A stretch of 64,000 nt of DNA from an uncultured delta proteobacterium (GTDB lineage: Bacteria; Desulfobacterota; Syntrophia; Syntrophales; UBA5619): the NCBI GenBank assembly GCA_963817385.1, contig CAWFOM010000010.1, positions 256,001-320,000 on the forward strand, in the 5' to 3' direction. The stretch's first letter is position 1. Each line of letters begins with the position of its first letter. Below the pieces are notes generated by a model. It worked only from the letters and a program-made list of their open reading frames with translations, made no database searches and was not told the origin of the DNA. Position numbers and translations under genes: made by a program. Below are positions 62,880-64,000 of the stretch, one piece after another.

Positions 62880-64000
62880 ATGTTTAAAAGTATCCGAATC
62901 AGGGCCGCCCTCACGATCGTCATCTGTCTGGCCGCGCTCGTCTATCTGGCGCCCACGCTGACGTCAGATCTTCCCGAGATCTGGAAGAATTACCTCCCGA
63001 CGGATAGGATCCATCTCGGACTCGACCTGCAGGGGGGGATGCATCTTGTCCTGGAGGTGGAGACCGCCAAGGCGGTGGAGAGCACCCTGGAGAGAACCGT
63101 AAACGATCTTAAGGAAAACCTCATGGATAAACGGATTCGCTTCAAGCTCCGCGATCGAACCAAGGAGAAAAACGTCTCGTTCGATTTTCCGGACGCCGCG
63201 TCGCGCGATGCCTTCGACAAGATCCTCAAGGACGAGTACCCGGACCTTGAAACTGCAACCTCCGAGATGGTGGAAGGCAGGGGCGTGGTATCCCTGAAGA
63301 TCAAGGATAAACGCGCCGTTGAGATAAAGAAGATGGCCGTCGAACAGAGCCTGGAGACGATCCGGAACCGCGTCGATCAATTCGGCATCTCCGAACCGGA
63401 GATCATCCCGCAGGGGGCGGATCGGATCATCGTTCAGCTCCCCGGGGTTAAGGATCCGGCCCGGGCCAAAAACCTGATCGGCCGGACGGCCCTTCTGGAA
63501 TTCAAGCTCGTCGACGAGGAGCACAGCCTTGATGACGCCCTCAAGGGAAACGTCCCCGAGGGGGACATTGTCGCCTATGAATCCCGACTGGACCGGACCT
63601 CGGGACGCAGGTCCCAGAACCCGATCCTTCTCAAAAACAAGTCCCTCCTGACGGGCGACGCCCTGGAGAACGCCAAGGTCCAGATCGGCGACCGCTTCGG
63701 GGAACCGCACGTATCCATCAAGTTCAACGCCCAGGGGGCAAAGGACTTCGACCGGATCACCGGAGAAAACGTCAAAAAACGTCTGGCCATCGTCCTGGAC
63801 GGCACGGTCCACTCCGCCCCGGTGATCCAGGAGCAGATCTCCGGGGGGCAGGCCCAGATCACCGGCTCGTTTACGATGGAAGAGGCAACCGATTTGGCGA
63901 TCGTCCTGCGCGCGGGCGCGCTTCCCGCGCCGGTGAACATCCTCGAGGAGCGGACGGTCGGTCCCTCCCTCGGCCAGGATTCGATTGACAAGGGTACCTG
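62880..64000 (+). CDS. secD: Protein translocase subunit SecD (3' truncated by the window end)
   Basis: ATG 62880 MFKSIRIR...; LGLDLQGG, IRNRVDQFG, LAIVLD, LRAGALPAP, VGPSLG; not in the ORF track because no stop lies in the window. Confidence 0.95.
   Translation, partial: MFKSIRIRAALTIVICLAALVYLAPTLTSDLPEIWKNYLPTDRIHLGLDLQGGMHLVLEVETAKAVESTLERTVNDLKENLMDKRIRFKLRDRTKEKNVSFDFPDAASRDAFDKILKDEYPDLETATSEMVEGRGVVSLKIKDKRAVEIKKMAVEQSLETIRNRVDQFGISEPEIIPQGADRIIVQLPGVKDPARAKNLIGRTALLEFKLVDEEHSLDDALKGNVPEGDIVAYESRLDRTSGRRSQNPILLKNKSLLTGDALENAKVQIGDRFGEPHVSIKFNAQGAKDFDRITGENVKKRLAIVLDGTVHSAPVIQEQISGGQAQITGSFTMEEATDLAIVLRAGALPAPVNILEERTVGPSLGQDSIDKGT

Overview
A 64-kb, mostly housekeeping chromosomal segment. 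The gene content points to an anaerobic Desulfobacterota/deltaproteobacterium, probably Syntrophales (inference: Re-citrate synthase-like gene, iorAB, PilS/PilR, FTR+glutaredoxin, stand-alone EF-G). Core genes include uvrD/pcrA, aspS-hisS, comEC, recJ, rpmB, pfk, purMN, recG, hom-apgM, iorAB, dnaJ-like, pyrKD, rimI, mannose-class PTS IIA/IIB/IIC, fusA, fba, ggt and queA-tgt-yajC-secD (secD truncated by the window end). Accessory features are one intact IS1202-family insertion sequence with a 16-bp target duplication, a frameshifted class V aminotransferase, and short remnants of a gamma-carbonic anhydrase gene and recD. The most interesting signals are non-coding and absent from the ORF track. 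(1) A Phe-rich leader peptide with a full alternative-pairing attenuator precedes a Liv-type ABC transporter/acyl-CoA ligase operon, suggesting Phe-controlled aryl-acid uptake that could feed IorAB. (2) A two-state terminator/antiterminator leader with a uORF carrying a Glu/Gln/Arg/Pro cluster precedes the Re-citrate synthase-like gene, a candidate glutamate-family attenuator. No rRNA, tRNA or CRISPR array was seen. All protein calls are from motif recognition by eye, not database searches.
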